Shown here one piece after another: positions 23,659-35,910 of a DNA stretch of 64,000 bases. The stretch lies in contig CAVPVF010000016.1 of the NCBI GenBank assembly GCA_963709115.1, positions 429,986-493,985 on the forward strand, in the 5' to 3' direction. The position numbers and the translations under genes were made by a program. The notes below the pieces were generated by a model. It had not been told where the DNA came from. It ran no database searches and worked only from the letters and a program-made list of their open reading frames with translations. The stretch's first letter is position 1; each line of letters starts with the position of its first letter. This stretch comes from an uncultured Actinomycetota bacterium. Lineage in GTDB: Bacteria > Actinomycetota > Actinomycetes > Actinomycetales > Microbacteriaceae.

Positions 23659-24694
23659 ATGATCGCTCCTGTGTCGGGTGCATCGCGCAAGGGTGAGCCG
23701 AGGATCCCGGTCGAAGATCGGCTCTTCAGCCTCGTGCTGGCGCTGCTCGCCACCGAGGCGGGCCTGCTGAAGTCCGAGATCCTCTCGTCGGTGCGCGGCT
23801 ACGCCGAGCGCTACGACGACTCGGGCCAGAACGCCAACCTCGAGCGCCAGTTCGAACGCGACAAGGACGACATCCGCGAGCTCGGCATCCCGCTCGAGAC
23901 CGTCGAGTCGCCCGATCGGCCGGGCGACAACCAGGCGCTCAGGTACCGCATCCCGAAGGGCCTGTACGACCTGCCCGACGAGGTGCGCTTCACGCCCGAC
24001 GAGCTCGCGCTGCTCGGCCTCGCCGCCGAGGTGTGGCGCGAGGCGTCCCTCTCGGCCGACTCGCAGCGCGCGCTCACGAAGCTGCGCTCGCTCGGCATCG
24101 AGCCGCGCGAGCCCGTGATCGGCTACGCCCCGCGGCTGCGCGTGCGCGACGCCGCCTTCGAGCCGCTGCGGCAGGCGCTCGACCGTCGCCAGTCGGTGCG
24201 CTTCCGCTACTTCAAGCCCGGCGAGGGCGCGCCGCGCGAACGCACGGTCGATCCGCTCGCCGTGGTGCTGCACGAGGGCCGGTGGCACCTGCACGCGTTC
24301 GACCGCGACGCGCAGGGTCCGCGCACGTTCCTGCTCTCGCGCATCATCGGACCCGTCGAGCCCGTGCCCGGCATGACGTTCGACGCGCCGCCGGCCGACA
24401 TCCAGGACCGCATCCTCGCGGAGCTCGACGAGCTCCGGTCGCGCAACGCGGCCGACCTCGCGGTCACCGCCGGGTCCGACGCCGAGGTGCGCCTCGGCCG
24501 GCGCGCGGTGCTGCGCGACGAGGATGCCGGGCGTCATCCGCCTGCACTACACGGATGTCGCGGTCTTCGCCGACGAGCTCGCCGGCCTACGGTCCCGAGG
24601 TGCGGGTCATCGCCCCCGAGTCCCTGCGCGAGGCCGTGCGTGAGCGCCTCGCGACCGTCGTCGCCGCGCACCGCGGACGGAGGAGTCGGCGTGA
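23659..24694 (+). CDS. pafB: HTH-WYL transcriptional regulator PafB; 2 frame breaks near the C-terminus
   Basis: N-terminal wHTH RLFSLVLALLATEAGLLKSEILSSVRGY. WYL region RQSVRFRYFKPGEGAPRERTVDPLAVVLHEGRWHLHAFDRDAQGPRTFLLSRI. Followed by pafC, tatA, tatC and helY as in mycobacteria. The stop overlaps the pafC ATG. Confidence 0.8.
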
Positions 24695-25759
24695 TGGCCA
24701 AGCGCTCGAAGCCGCTGAAGGCGCCCGACAAGCTGGTCTTCCTGCTGTCGTTCGTGCCGTACCTGCTCGAGCAGCGGGTCGTCGACGTCGCCGAGGCGGC
24801 GCAGCACTTCGGCATGACCGAGGAGGAGATCCGCGACGCGGTGCGCCTCATCGCGACCTCGGGGCTGCCCGGATCGACCGGGCACGTACCAGCCCAACGA
24901 CCTCTTCGACATCGACTGGGACTCGTTCGAGGACGACGACGTCATCGTGATCGTGCACCACGTCGCGATCGACGACGCGCCCCGGCTCTCCGCGCGCGAG
25001 GCGGCGGCGCTGATGGCCGGGCCTGCAGTACCTCTCCGCCTCGCCCGAGAGCGCCGGCAGCGCCTCGCTCGCGTCGCTGCGGGCGAAGCTCGCGGCCGGT
25101 GCGTCGTCGGCGCCCAGCCGCCTCGCCGTCGCCGAGACCGAGGCCGACGCGTCGCTCGGGCTCATCCGCGAGGCGGTGGCCGAGGGCCGCCAGCTCGAGT
25201 TCGACTACCTGAACGCCAGGGGCGAGCGCGGACGCCGCAGGGCCGACCCGCTGCGCATCATCTCGCAGGACGCCGACTGGTACCTGCAGGCCTACTGCCA
25301 CACCCGGGAGGACGTGCGGAACTTCCGCGTCGACCGCATGAGCGACCTCCTGCTCACCGACGAGCCGATCGGCGACCACTCGCACCGCATCGTGCCCGAC
25401 ACCCTGTTCCAGGGCTCGGACTCCGACCTCGACGTGGTCGTCGACGTCTCCCCGGCGGCCCTTCCGCTGCTGTCCGACTACCTCGCCGACTCGAGCTCCC
25501 GCGAGGTCGACGGGCGACTCCGGGTCACGCTCCGCCTCGCGCACGTGCACGGCCTGAAGCGGCTCGTCGCGGGGCTGCCCGGGCCTCGTCACCGTGGCTC
25601 GCCCCGGCCGAGGCGCGTGCGGCGGTGGCGGACTGGGCGAGCGCCGGGCTGGCGGGCTACTCCGAGCGCGGAACGGCCGAATCCGATGGCGCGAGCCGCC
25701 CGTCCCGACGACGGCTCGGCCTGACCGCGTCGCCTGCGCGGGACATCTCGTTGGGGTAG
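24694..25759 (+). CDS. pafC: HTH-WYL transcriptional regulator PafC; 1-2 frame breaks
   Basis: LVFLLSFVPYLLEQRVVDVAEAAQHFGMTEEEIRDAVRLI (HTH) ... QLEFDYLNARGERGRRRADPLRIISQDADWYLQAYCHTREDVRNFRVDRM (WYL). Confidence 0.8.
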
Positions 25760-25818
25760 TGTGCTGCCGCGACAGGTAGACTGTCGTCACGAACCCTCCC
25801 GAGAACGGACGAACACCC

Positions 25819-26098
25819 ATGTGGCAAGGCTTCACCGGTTGGCACGCGCTGATCATCCTCGTGGTCATCCTGCTGCTCTTCGGCGCCCCCAAGCTCCCGG
25901 CCCTCGCCCGTAGCCTCGGTCAGTCGATGAAGATCCTCAAGAGCGAGGTCCGTCCCGAGAAGGACGAGTCCGACACGACCGAGACCCCCGCCGCCGACGC
26001 GGGCACGACGGGCGCGACGGCGAGCAGCACGAGCGCGGCAGACACGCACCGTCAGCTCGACCGAAGACCGACGAGGCCGATTCCGGCAAGAGCCGCTG
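25819..26098 (+). CDS. tatA: Sec-independent translocase TatA/E; C-terminal end uncertain (frame break)
   Basis: MWQGFTGWHALIILVVILLLFGAPKLPALARSLGQSMKILKSEV is the canonical TatA TM plus amphipathic helix. Confidence 0.85.
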
Positions 26099-26104
26099 AA
26101 CCCG

Positions 26105-26903
26105 ATGTCCGCGGTGAAGGATCGCGGGGAGAAGAACCGCGAGAAGCGATGTCGCTCGGCGCGCATCTCATCGAGCTGCGCAAGCGCCTGTTCATCTCCG
26201 CGCATCGCGATCGTCGTCGGCATGGCGCTCGGCTGGTGGCTCACCGACGCCTTCGTCTGGCAGGCGATCCAGGAGCCGGTCGAGCGCGTCGCCGAGGCGC
26301 AGGGCAGCGACACGGCGATCATCTTCCCGACCATCTCCAGCGCCTTCGACCTGCGACTGCAGATCGCGTTCACGCTCGGCATCGTGATCTCGAGCCCCGT
26401 CTGGCTCTACCAGATCTTCGCGTTCCTCGTGCCCGGGCTGAACACGCCGTGAGCGCAAGTTCACGTTCGCGTTCTTCGCCACGGCCATCCCGCTGTTCTT
26501 CGCCGGCTGCGCCGCGGGCTGGTTCGTGCTGCCGAACATCGTGAAGCTCATGACGAGCTTCGTCCCCGAGGGCGGCGAGTCGCTGCTCACCGCGAAGGAG
26601 TACATCGACTTCGTGCTGAAGCTCGTGGTCGCGATCGGCATCGCCTTCGTCGTGCCCGTCTTCATCGTGCTGCTGAACTTCGCCGGCGTCATCAGCGCAG
26701 CCGCGATCATCAAGTCGTGGCGCGTGGCGATCCTCGTGATCGTGCTCTTCACCGCGATCGCGACCCCGTCGGCCGACGTCATCTCGATGTTCATGCTCGC
26801 GATCCCGATGATCGCCCTGTACTTCGCCGCCTGGTTCATCGCGCACCTGCACGATCGCCGTGTCGAGCGCCGCAACCGCCTGGAGTTCGAAGCCGCTGTC
26901 TAG
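26105..26903 (+). CDS. tatC: Sec-independent translocase TatC; 2-3 frame breaks
   Basis: The N-terminal extension MSAVKDRGEKNREKR then MSLGAHLIELRKRLFIS resembles mycobacterial TatC. The six TM segments are spread over three frames, ending ...IAHLHDRRVERRNRLEFEAAV. Confidence 0.85.
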
Positions 26904-26912
26904 GCTGGAGGG

Positions 26913-29347
26913 GTGATGAGCCTCTCACCGGCCGAGCGGTACGCGAGTGCTCGCGAGCCAGCGCCGGAAACCCCGACTCGTCGAGTTCGCGTCGAGGCTC
27001 CGCTTCGACCTCGACCCGTTCCAACGCGCCGCCTGCGCCGCGCTCGACGAGGGTCGCAGCGTGCTCGTCGCCGCGCCGACCGGTGCGGGCAAGACGGTCG
27101 TGGCCGAGTTCGCCGTCTTCCTCGCGATGCGGGAGCCGGGCGCGAAGGTCTTCTACACGACGCCGATCAAGGCGCTCAGCAACCAGAAGTTCCAGGAGCT
27201 CGCCGACGAGTGGGGCGCCGGCCGAGGTCGGCCTGCTCACCGGCGACACGAACGTGAACTCGGGTGCGCGCATCGTCGTGATGACCACCGAGGTGCTGCG
27301 GAACATGCTCTACGCCGACTCGCCGCTGCTCGACCGGCTGGCGTACGTCGTCATGGACGAGGTGCACTACCTCGCCGACCGGTTCCGCGGCGCGGTGTGG
27401 GAGGAGGTCATCATCCACCTCCCCGAGGAGGTGCGGCTCGTCTCGCTGAGCGCCACGGTGTCGAACGCCGAGGAGTTCGGCGACTGGCTGCAGGCCGTGC
27501 GCGGCGACACCGACGTCATCGTCTCCGAGGACCGGCCGGTGCCGCTCGAGCAGCACGTGCTCGTGAAGGCGAAGCTCATCGACCTGTTCGACTCGTCGGG
27601 GCAGGCGGCGACGAACCGGGTGAACCCCGAGCTCCAGCGCCTCGCGCGCGCGGGCGGTCGGTCGATCTCCTCGCGGTCGGCGCGCGGGCGCCGCGGCGGC
27701 GACCGCGGGCAGGTACCACCAGTCGTCGCAGGGGAGCGGGCGCGTCGAGCGCCCCGAGGTGGTCGAGCTGCTCCACGGCAAGCACCTGCTGCCCGCGATC
27801 GTCTTCATCTTCTCCCGCGCGGCTGCGACCAGGCCGTGCGCCAGGTGCTCCGCTCCGGCATCCGCCTGACCGAGACCGCCGAACGCGACGAGATCCGCGC
27901 GATCGTCGAGGAGCGCGCCCGGATGCTGCGCGACGAGGACCTCGCGGTGCTCGGCTACTGGGAGTGGCTCGAGGGCCTGCAGCGCGGGGTCGCCGCGCAC
28001 CACGCCGGCATGCTGCCGGCCTTCAAGGAGGTCGTGGAGGAGCTCTTCCAGCTGAAGCTCCTGAAGGTCGTCTTCGCGACCGAGACGCTCGCGCTCGGCG
28101 TCAACATGCCGGCGCGCTCGGTGGTGCTCGAGAAGCTCGAGAAGTTCAACGGCGAGGCGCGGGTGCCGATCACGCCGGGGGAGTACACGCAGCTCACCGG
28201 CCGGGCCGGCCGTCGCGGCATCGACGTCGAGGGCCACTCCGTCATCCAGTGGGTCGACGGCCTCGACCCCGAGGCGGTCGCGTCGCTCGCCTCGCGGCGC
28301 AGCTACCCGCTGAACTCGAGCTTCAAGCCGACCTACAACATGGCCGTGAACCTCATCGACCAGTTCGGCCGCGAGCGCACGCGGCAGATCCTCGAGCTCT
28401 CGTTCGCGCAGTTCCAGGCCGACCGAGCGGTGGTCGACCTCGCGCGCACGCTGCGCAAGCAGGAGGAGTCGATGGCCGGCTACGAGGAGGCGATGCGCTG
28501 CCACCTCGGCGACTTCGGCGAGTACGCGGCCCTCCGGCGGCGCATCGGCGAGCTCGAGCGGCAGGCCTCGAAGGGCAACCCGACGCACGCGCAGCGCGAG
28601 CGGCATGCAGCGCGAGCTCGGAGAGGCGCGCAAGGCGATGCGGGCGCACCCGTGCCACGGCTGCGCCGAGCGCGAGCAGCACGCGCGGTGGGCGGAGCGC
28701 TGGTGGCGCCTGAAGCAGGAGCACGACCAGCTGTCGCGGCAGATCCGCACGCGCACCGGGCAGGTCGCGAAGCGGTTCGACCGGGTCACCGAGGTGCTCG
28801 AGCAGCTCGGCTACCTCGAGCGCGATCGGCACGGCTCGCTCGTCTCGACGTCGGCGGGACGCATCCTGAAGCGCATCTACGGCGAACGCGACCTGCTCGT
28901 CGCCGAGTGCCTGCGGCAGGGCTTCTGGGACGGCCTCGACGTGCCGTCGCTCGCGGCGATGGCGGCGGCGCTCGTCTACGAGCCGCGACGCGACGATCGC
29001 GGCGAGCAGTTCCGCCTGCCGCGCGGGCGGTTCCGTGCCGCGTTCGAACGCACCACGGATGTCTGGAGCGAGCTCGACGACCTCGAGCGCGACCATCGGC
29101 TGGCCGGCAGCGACCAGCCGTCGCCGGCGCTGGCCACGGCGATGCACGCGTGGGCGAGCGGCGCGGGCCTCGGGCAGGTGCTCGCCGACACCGAGCTCGC
29201 GGCCGGCGACTTCGTGCGCTCACGAAGCAGGTCGTCGACCTGCTCGACCAGGTCTCGATCGTGGCGGACGCCGAGCTCGGCGCGACGGCGCGCGCGGCGA
29301 TCGACGCCGTTCGACGCGGCGTCGTCGCCTACGGCTCGGTCGCGTGA
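26913..29347 (+). CDS. helY: Ski2-like DEAD/DEAH RNA helicase HelY; many frame breaks
   Basis: FDLDPFQRAACAALDEGRSVLVAAPTGAGKTVVAEFAV (motif I), DEVHYLADRFRGAVWEEVI (DEVH), LSATVSNAEEFGDWL, and helicase-C GVAAHHAGMLPAFKEVVEELFQLKLLKVVFATETLALGVNMPARSVV. Downstream of tatC as in mycobacteria. Confidence 0.85.
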
Positions 29348-29377
29348 GCGCCCGGCCGCGTCGCCTAGGCTGATCTG

Positions 29378-30926
29378 GTGCCCGAGAACGATCCGCGTCC
29401 GCTGCTGCCGTTGTGGGTCGCGGTGCTCGTGGCGATCGCGGGCGGGCTCGTCTACGACCTCGGCTTCCCGGATGCGGGCATCTGGCCGCTCGCCTTCGCC
29501 GGCATCGCGCTCGCGCTCGTCAGCCTGATCGGCCGGAGCTCGTGGGCCGCCGCGCTCGTCGGCTTCGCGTTCGGCATGGCGTTCTACCTGCAGCACGTGT
29601 CATGGACCGACGCTGTACCTCGGACCCGTGCCGTGGCTCGCCCTGTCGGTGCTCGAGTCGCTCTTCGTCGCCGGTGGCGCGGTGCTGATCGCGCTCGCCT
29701 ATCGGTGGGTTCCGCGGGCGAGCACCTCACGGTGGGTGCGCCTCGTCTGGCTCCCGCTGCTCGTCGCCGGGCTCTGGTGCGTGCGCGAGGCGGCGACGGG
29801 CTCGATCCCGTACGGCGGGTTCCCGTGGGGCCGCGCCGCGCTCAGCCAGTCCGAGAGCCCGTTCGCCGACGTCGTGTCCTGGGTCGGATCGACCGGGCTC
29901 GGCTTCATCATGGTCGCGATCGTCGCGGGCGTCATCGAGTGGGTGCGCCTGCGCGGATGGCAGGACCTGCGGTCCGCGATCCCCGTGGCGGCGCTCGCGC
30001 TCGTCGCGCTGCTGCTGCCGGCCTGGCCCACGACGGCGACCGGGGAGATGCGGGTCGCCAGCGTGCAGGGCAACGGCCCGGCGGGCTACTTCGACGAGCG
30101 GGCGCCCGGCGACGTGCTCGCCGCCCAGCTCGAGGCGACGGAGCCGATCCTCGACGAGCCCGGCATCGACGTGCTGCTCTGGCCCGAGGGCGGCTCCGAC
30201 ATCGACCCGACGCGCAGCCCCGATGTCGCCGACATCTTCGACGACCTGAGCGAGCAGCTCGACGCGCCGGTCGTGTTGAACACCGTGACGACGCGCGACG
30301 ACGAGTTCTTCAACACGTCGCTGCTGTGGCGTGCCGGCGAGGGCGCCGTCGACAGCTACGACAAGCGCAACCCGGTGCCGTTCGGCGAGTACATCCCCGA
30401 CCGGGCGTTCTGGGAGCCGCTCGCGCCCGACCTGATCGGCCTGATCCAGCGCGGCTACACCCCGGGCACGAACGCGCCGGTCTTCGACCTCGGCAGCGCC
30501 GTCACGGGCCTCGCGATCTGCTTCGACGTGATCTACGACGAGCTGATCTGGGAGGGTGCGCGCGACGGCGCGGAGCTCTACATGTTCCAGACGAACAATG
30601 CCGACTTCCGCGGCACCGACGAGAACCAGCAGCAGCTGGCGATCGCGCGCCTGCGGGCGATCGAGACCGGGCGATCGGTCGTGAACATCTCGACGGTCGG
30701 CACCAGCCAGGTCATCGACCCGACCGGGCGCACGATCGATGCGCTCCCGGCCTACGAGCAGGGCGCGATGGTCACCGACGTCGAACTGCGCGAGGGACTC
30801 ACGCCGTCGGTCGTGCTCGGCGGCACCGTGCCGTTCCTGATCGTGGCCGTCTCGTTGGGCGGCCTCGTCGCGGCGGGCGTGCTCGCGCGGCGACGGTCAC
30901 GTCGCGAGGTCGGCTCCGAGGGCTGA
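29378..30926 (+). CDS. lnt: Apolipoprotein N-acyltransferase Lnt (stand-alone, no fused Ppm1 domain); 1 frame break near 29620
   Basis: An 8-TM N-domain followed by the CN-hydrolase domain RVASVQGNGP...LLWPEG...AICFDVIYDELIWEG (E-K-C triad context). GTG start at 29378. Confidence 0.8.
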
Positions 30927-30933
30927 GCGGAGG

Positions 30934-31298
30934 CTAGGCGCCGATCTTCTGCTGGCCGCGACGGGCACGCAGGTACTGAGGCGCTCCTCGAGCAGCTCCT
31001 CGAGCTCGGCACGGGTACGACGCTCGAGCAGCATGTCCCAGTGGGTGCGGGCGACCTTCTCGCCCGAGCGGTCGATCTCGACCGGCTTGGAGTCGACGAG
31101 CAGGGTTGCCGCGGCGCCGCAGTAGCGGCACTCCCAGCTCTCGGGAAGCTCGGCCTCGGTCGAGAAGGTCATCACCGTCTCGCGGCTGCACGTCGCACAG
31201 CGGTACGTGTAGTCGGCGCGGTCGGCGAAGATCACGCCGTCTTCGCTCTGCAGGCTCTGCGCGCCGATTCGCATGCCCCGAAGGCTCCGGTCCGCCAT
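30934..31298 (-). CDS. rbpA: RNA polymerase-binding protein RbpA; 1 frame break at the C-terminus
   Basis: MADRSLRGMRIGAQSLQSEDGVIFADRADYTYRCATCSRETVMTFSTEAELPESWECRYCGAAATLL...ARTHWDMLLERRTRAELEELLEERL. It is convergent with lnt, matching mycobacterial ppm1/rbpA synteny. Confidence 0.85.
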
Positions 31299-31384
31299 GG
31301 CGTACTCCTCTCGATCGTCTACTAGGTATAAACGATCAAGCTGGGCATTCCCCTTCCAACGACTGGGTGATTGCCGGGGAATTC

Positions 31385-32107
31385 TCAGCTTCGAGCGGAC
31401 GATGAGCGGCAGCGCGAGGTCGGCGCGGTCGGTGACGAGCCCGTCGACGCCGAGGTCGAGCAGCCGCGACATGTCGGCGGGGTCGTTGACCGTCCAGACG
31501 TGCACCTCGGCGCCCGCCTCGTGCACGCGCTCGACGAAGCGCGCCGTGACGAGCGGACCGGCCCGACCCGCTCGGGGACCTGCGAGCGCGGCCGCGCCGC
31601 GCAGCGCACGGACCGACCGCGTTCGCGCCCGGCGAACGCGGCGAGGCGGGCACGGATGACGCCGGCGCGGCCGGCCGAGGTCGCGGCGTCGGGCACGAGC
31701 TCGCCGAGGCGGCGGCGTCGACGATCCGGAGAAGCTCGTGAGCAGCACGCGTGCGTCCGCCGCGCGTGCGCTGCACCGCGTGCGACGGTCGCCGCGACGG
31801 CGGCCTCCTCCTTCACGTCGATGTTGAACCGCGTCTCGCCGAACGCGTCGAGGGCCTCCTCGAGCGAGCAGAAGCCCTGGCCGTGCCCGAGGTCGACGCG
31901 CCGGAGCTCGGCCATGGTGAGCTTCGACACGTCGACGTCGCGTCCGGCGACCCGTCGCAGCGACGGATCGTGCGACACCACCGCGATGCCGTCGGCCGTG
32001 ACGTGCACGTCGGTCTCGATGTACGACGCGCCGATCGCGACGGCGTGCGCGAAGGCGAGCAGCGTGTTCTCGGGCGCCTCCAGCGCGAGGCCGCGGTGCG
32101 CGAGCAC
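31385..32107 (-). CDS. Glycerophosphodiester phosphodiesterase (GDPD/UgpQ family); frame break about 31820; C-terminus uncertain
   Basis: GTG start, then VLAHRGLALEAPENTLLAFAHAVAIGASYIETDVHVTADGIAVVSHD (HR..E..D..H catalytic signature) ... EVHVWTVNDPADMSRLLDLGVDGLVTDRADLA. Confidence 0.75.
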   Translation of the reverse strand: MLAHRGLALEAPENTLLAFAHAVAIGASYIETDVHVTADGIAVVSHDPSLRRVAGRDVDVSKLTMAELRRVDLGHGQGFCSLEEALDAFGETRFNIDVKEEAAVAATVARGAAHARRTHACCSRASPDRRRRRLGELVPDAATSAGRAGVIRARLAAFAGRERGRSVRCAARPRSQVPERVGPVRSSRRASSSACTRRAPRCTSGRSTTPPTCRGCSTSASTGSSPTAPTSRCRSSSARS

Positions 32108-32141
32108 GCGCGGCCTCGGCGGATCGAAGTACGTCGAGGCT

Positions 32142-33104
32142 CACGCGGGTCAGGGGCGGTCGGTCGGCGTGGCGCCCGTCGCGGGCGGCGCCGCCGGAGC
32201 ATCCGTCGCAGCCGGGCTGCGGCGTGAACGCCTTGCCGATGCCCTTGAGCGCCTCGGTCAGTTCGCTCGGGATGATCCACAGCTTGTTCGCGGGCCCTGC
32301 GGCGATCTGCGGCAGCATCTGCAGGTACTGGTAGCCGAGCAGCTTCGGGTCGGGGTCGCCCTTGTGGATGGCGTCGAAGACCGTGAGGATCGCCTCGGCC
32401 TCGCCCTGGGCGCGCAGCACCGCCGCCTTCGCGTCGCCCTCGGCCTCGAGGATCGCGGCCTGCCGGGCGCCCTCGGCGGTGAGGATCGCGGACTGCTTGG
32501 TGCCTTCCGCGGTGAGGATGAGCGCGCGGCGGTCACGCTCGGCGCGCATCTGCTTCTCCATCGAGTCCTGGATCGAGTGGGGCGGGTCGATCGCCTTCAG
32601 CTCGACGCGGCCGACGCGGATGCCCCACTTGCCGGTCGCCTCGTCGAGCACGACGCGCAGCTGGCCGTTGATGTTGTCGCGCGAGGTGAGGGCCTCTTCG
32701 AGGTTCAGTCCGCCGACGACGTTGCGCAGCGTGGTGGTGGTGAGCTGCTCGACCGCGCCGAGGTAGTTCGCGATCTCGTACGTCGCCGCCCGGGCATCGG
32801 TCACCTGGAAGTAGACGACCGTGTCGATCGAGACGACGAGGTTGTCCTCGGTGATGACGGGCTGCGGCGGGAAGGAGACGACCGTCTCGCGCATGTCGAC
32901 GAGCGGGCGCAGCCGGTCGATGAACGGGATGAGGATGTTCAGGCCGGGGGTGAGGGTCTTGTGGTAGCGGCCCAGCCGCTCGACGACGCCCGAATACGCC
33001 TGCGGGATGATGCGGATCGACTTCGCGAGCACGACGATCACGAAGATGACGATCGCGACGATGATGACCGCCAGGATGATGGTCCCGACGTCGATTTCGG
33101 TCAC
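32142..33104 (-). CDS. SPFH/band-7 (stomatin/HflC-like) membrane protein; Ala/Pro/Thr-rich C-terminal tail after 1 frame break
   Basis: N-terminal TM MTEIDVGTIILAVIIVAIVIFVIVVLA, then IIPQAYSGVVERLGRYHKTLTPGLNILIPFIDR and the band-7 core ...LNLEEALTSRDNINGQLR. A coiled-coil AILTAEGARQAAILEAEGDAKAAVLRAQGEAEAI follows. Confidence 0.85.
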
Positions 33105-33573
33105 TGCGGGGTGCTCCTCTCAACGGGCACGACGACGGCCGTCGCACCATCGATGCCGGTCACGAGCACGCGCTCGCCGACCGCGACATCCGCCTGCTCG
33201 GTGATGGGGGAGAGCCGCGACGTCCAGACGTCTCCATTCTGGAGACGAACCTGCCCGCCCGCCGCGTGACCGTGCGCACGACCGAGCCCTCGGCCCCGAT
33301 GAGCGCGTCGATGTTGCTGCGCGCGGGATCGCCGCCGCGTCGGAGCATCCGCAGCAGCGGTGGCCGAAGCGTGAGGATGAGCGCGACCGCCACGACCGCG
33401 GCGATGATGAACTGCGCCCACCACGGGATGCCGAAGAGTCCGGAGAGCAGGCCGGCGACGCTGCCGAGAGCGAGCATCAGGAAGGTCATCTCGAGCGTGA
33501 AGACCTCGATCGTCGCGAACACCAGGATCAGCACCAGCCAGACGATCCACGCGTACTGGGTCAGCACATCCAT
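33101..33573 (-). CDS. NfeD-family membrane protein (OB-fold, SPFH partner); 1 frame break
   Basis: MDVLTQYAWIVWLVLILVFATIEVFTLEMTFLMLALGSVAGLLSGLFGIPWWAQFIIAAVVAVALILTLRP, then a C-terminal beta domain ...VRLQNGDVWTSRLSPITEQADVAVGERVLVTGIDGATAVVVPV. Directly upstream of the SPFH gene, with adjacent stop and start. Confidence 0.75.
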
Positions 33574-33706
33574 TCGGTCTCCTTCGCATGCGCCCCGCTT
33601 CGAAACTATCAGGGCGGATGCCGCGGCGGGGGAGTTGATAGTCTCGGTTCGGCGCACCGCCGAGGGCCTGCAGGGCCCCCATCCAGAGCTTCGAGGAGTC
33701 CCCGCC

Positions 33707-34476
33707 GTGACCAACCCACTCGCCCCCGGATCGCTCGACGGACGCGTCGCCCTCGTGACCGGCTCGTCGCGCGGCATCGGAGCCGACACCGTGCGCTACC
33801 TCGCCGCGGCCGGCGCCTCCGTCGTCGTGAACTACCGCAGCAAGGCGCCCCGTGCCGAGAAGGTCGTCGCCGAGGTGACCGAGGCGGGCGGCGCGCGCGA
33901 TCGCGGTCGGCGCCGACCTCACCGACGCGGCATCCGTCGCCGCGATGTTCGAGCGCACCGTCGCCGAACTCGGCCGCATCGACATCCTCGTGCTGAATGC
34001 CTCCGGCGGCATGGAGTCGGGTATGGGGGAGGACTACGCGATGCGCCTCAACCGCGACGCGCAGGTCAACGTCCTCGAGGGAGCGCTGCCGCACCTCGCC
34101 CCCGGCGCTCGCATCGTGTTCGTCACGAGCCACCAGGCGCACTTCATCCGCACCACGCCGACGATGCCCGAGTACGAGCCGGTCGCGCTCTCGAAGCGTG
34201 CGGGCGAAGACGCCCTGCGTGCGAAGCTGCCCGAGCTCGAGGCATCCGGTATCGAGTTCGTCGTCGTCTCGGGCGACATGATCGAGGGCACCATCACCGC
34301 GACCCTGCTCGAGCGGGCGAATCCGGGCGCGATCGAGGCGCGCAAGCAGGACGCCGGCCGGCTCTACAACGTCGCGGAGTTCGCCGCCGAGGTCGCATCG
34401 GCGGCCGTCGAGCCGGTGCCCGCCGATCACACCCGCTACGTCGGGCGACATCTCGGGCTTCGCCGCCGAGAGCTGA
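33707..34476 (+). CDS. SDR-family oxidoreductase (3-oxoacyl-ACP reductase-like); 1 frame break near 33900
   Basis: GTG start after a gaggag RBS. GRVALVTGSSRGIGADTVRYLAAAGASVVVNYRS (TGxxxGxG), then LVLNAS... and a catalytic-region segment. Confidence 0.75.
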
Positions 34477-34529
34477 CTCCCGCATCCGGTGCACGACGAG
34501 GCCGGTCGCGAGGCAGTCGCTCCGGACCG

Positions 34530-35170
34530 GCCTCGTCGTCGGTGCCCGGTGATACGCGGAGGCGGGCGTGCTGTCGCGCCCCGGCCGAACGTGAACGCGC
34601 GCACGATCTGGACGATGCCGAGCACGATGAGCGCGATGCCCGCGATGATGAACAGCAGCTCCGCGGCCCAGAGCGGCGAGAAGAGCAGGACGATACCGGC
34701 GACGATGCTGAGCAGGCCGAAGAAGATCGCCCAGCCCTTCGACGGCGCGTCGCCCGAGTTGCGCGAGCGCGACGATGCCCTCGACGATCCACAGGATGCC
34801 GATCAGCACGGCGATGAAGATCGCCGAGCACCTGCGGTCGTCTGCGACGGGTTCGCGAGGGCGATGATCGCGCCGACGATGAAGAGGATGCCGAGGATGA
34901 TGTCGAGCGCTCTCGCGCCCCCCGAGATCCCCTTCGAGAAGATGCCCATGCCGAGGTAGGCGAGGCCGGCGATGATGAGGTAGATCGCGAGGATCGTGGT
35001 GAGCACGACGCGCCGAGCGCTCGGGCCAGAACGTGATCAGGATGCCGATGATGAGCGCGACGACGCCGCTGATGCCGAGGGTCGTGCGGATGGTGTTGAT
35101 CGATGACTTCGAGAGTTCGGCGGAGTCGACCGAGAACGAGGCGAAGACCGGAGGGCTGCGGCGAAGACAT
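34530..35170 (-). CDS. HdeD-family (DUF308) acid-resistance membrane protein; at least 3 frame breaks; end approximate
   Basis: Recurrent DUF308 helices: TTLGISGVVALIIGILITFWPERSA, ILAIYLIIAGLAYLGMGIFSKGISGGARALDIILGILFIVGAIIALANP, WIVEGIVALAQ, GIVQIVRAFTFG. Confidence 0.6.
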
Positions 35171-35910
35171 GAGGAGTCCTTTCTGAGGGCGACGACGTGG
35201 TGCGTTGCAGGGTCAGGCTAAACCTCAGCAACCCCTGAGTGTCGGATGTGAACGCGCGCGTCATCGCACATCGCCGCGTTGCGGGATTTACTGAAGGGGA
35301 GTGGGAGGCGTTTCCTCACTCCCAGGGAACACACAGGTAGGGTATAGACATCCGCTCGCGAATCGCTCCCGCCCGCGGCGGAACGGCCGGGTCTACACTT
35401 TCGAGCAAGACCGGAACCGTCGGCGGCCTGCGCCGCTTGCCCACGGCATGGCCGAACCGCGCATGAACGCGCGCCCCTCGTCGCTGAGAGGGCTCAACAG
35501 GCTGCGGGGTCTTCCGGCCGCGCCGCGGGATCCGTGAGCGGAGTGAAGGGAGGCGGAGGCGCCGACCCTGGCCCTCGCCGAAGGCGGGGAGCGGGCCGGT
35601 ACCGACGGCTCGCACCCAGATCTCGGGATCGGGGGAGCTCACGGCCGACGACCTCGTCGACGTCGGTTCCGGGGCTCGACGCGGGTGCGTACGCCGACGT
35701 CGACGTCTGACTCGACCAGGTCAGCCAGGCGTCTCTCGGGATCGACCCCGACGGTCCTCGGCCAGGCGGCGCGGAAATCGCCCTGCCCTCGTGTCGCACG
35801 ACTGACGTCCGCCGCGACGCTGTATCGCGGCGGACCGAGGCCCTCAAGAGGTCGATCCCTCTCATCCGGAGAACCAGCGCCGGAACACTACCCGGCCGAC
35901 GTGGCGCGAC

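Noticed and set aside
32107-32142. An alternative, longer GDPD N-terminus starting at the GTG at 32136 (VSLDVLRSAEA...)
   Set aside because: That reading is in the SPFH frame and represents its Ala/Pro/Thr tail read through. The conserved VLAHRG catalytic start is reached from the GTG at 32107 in the proper frame.
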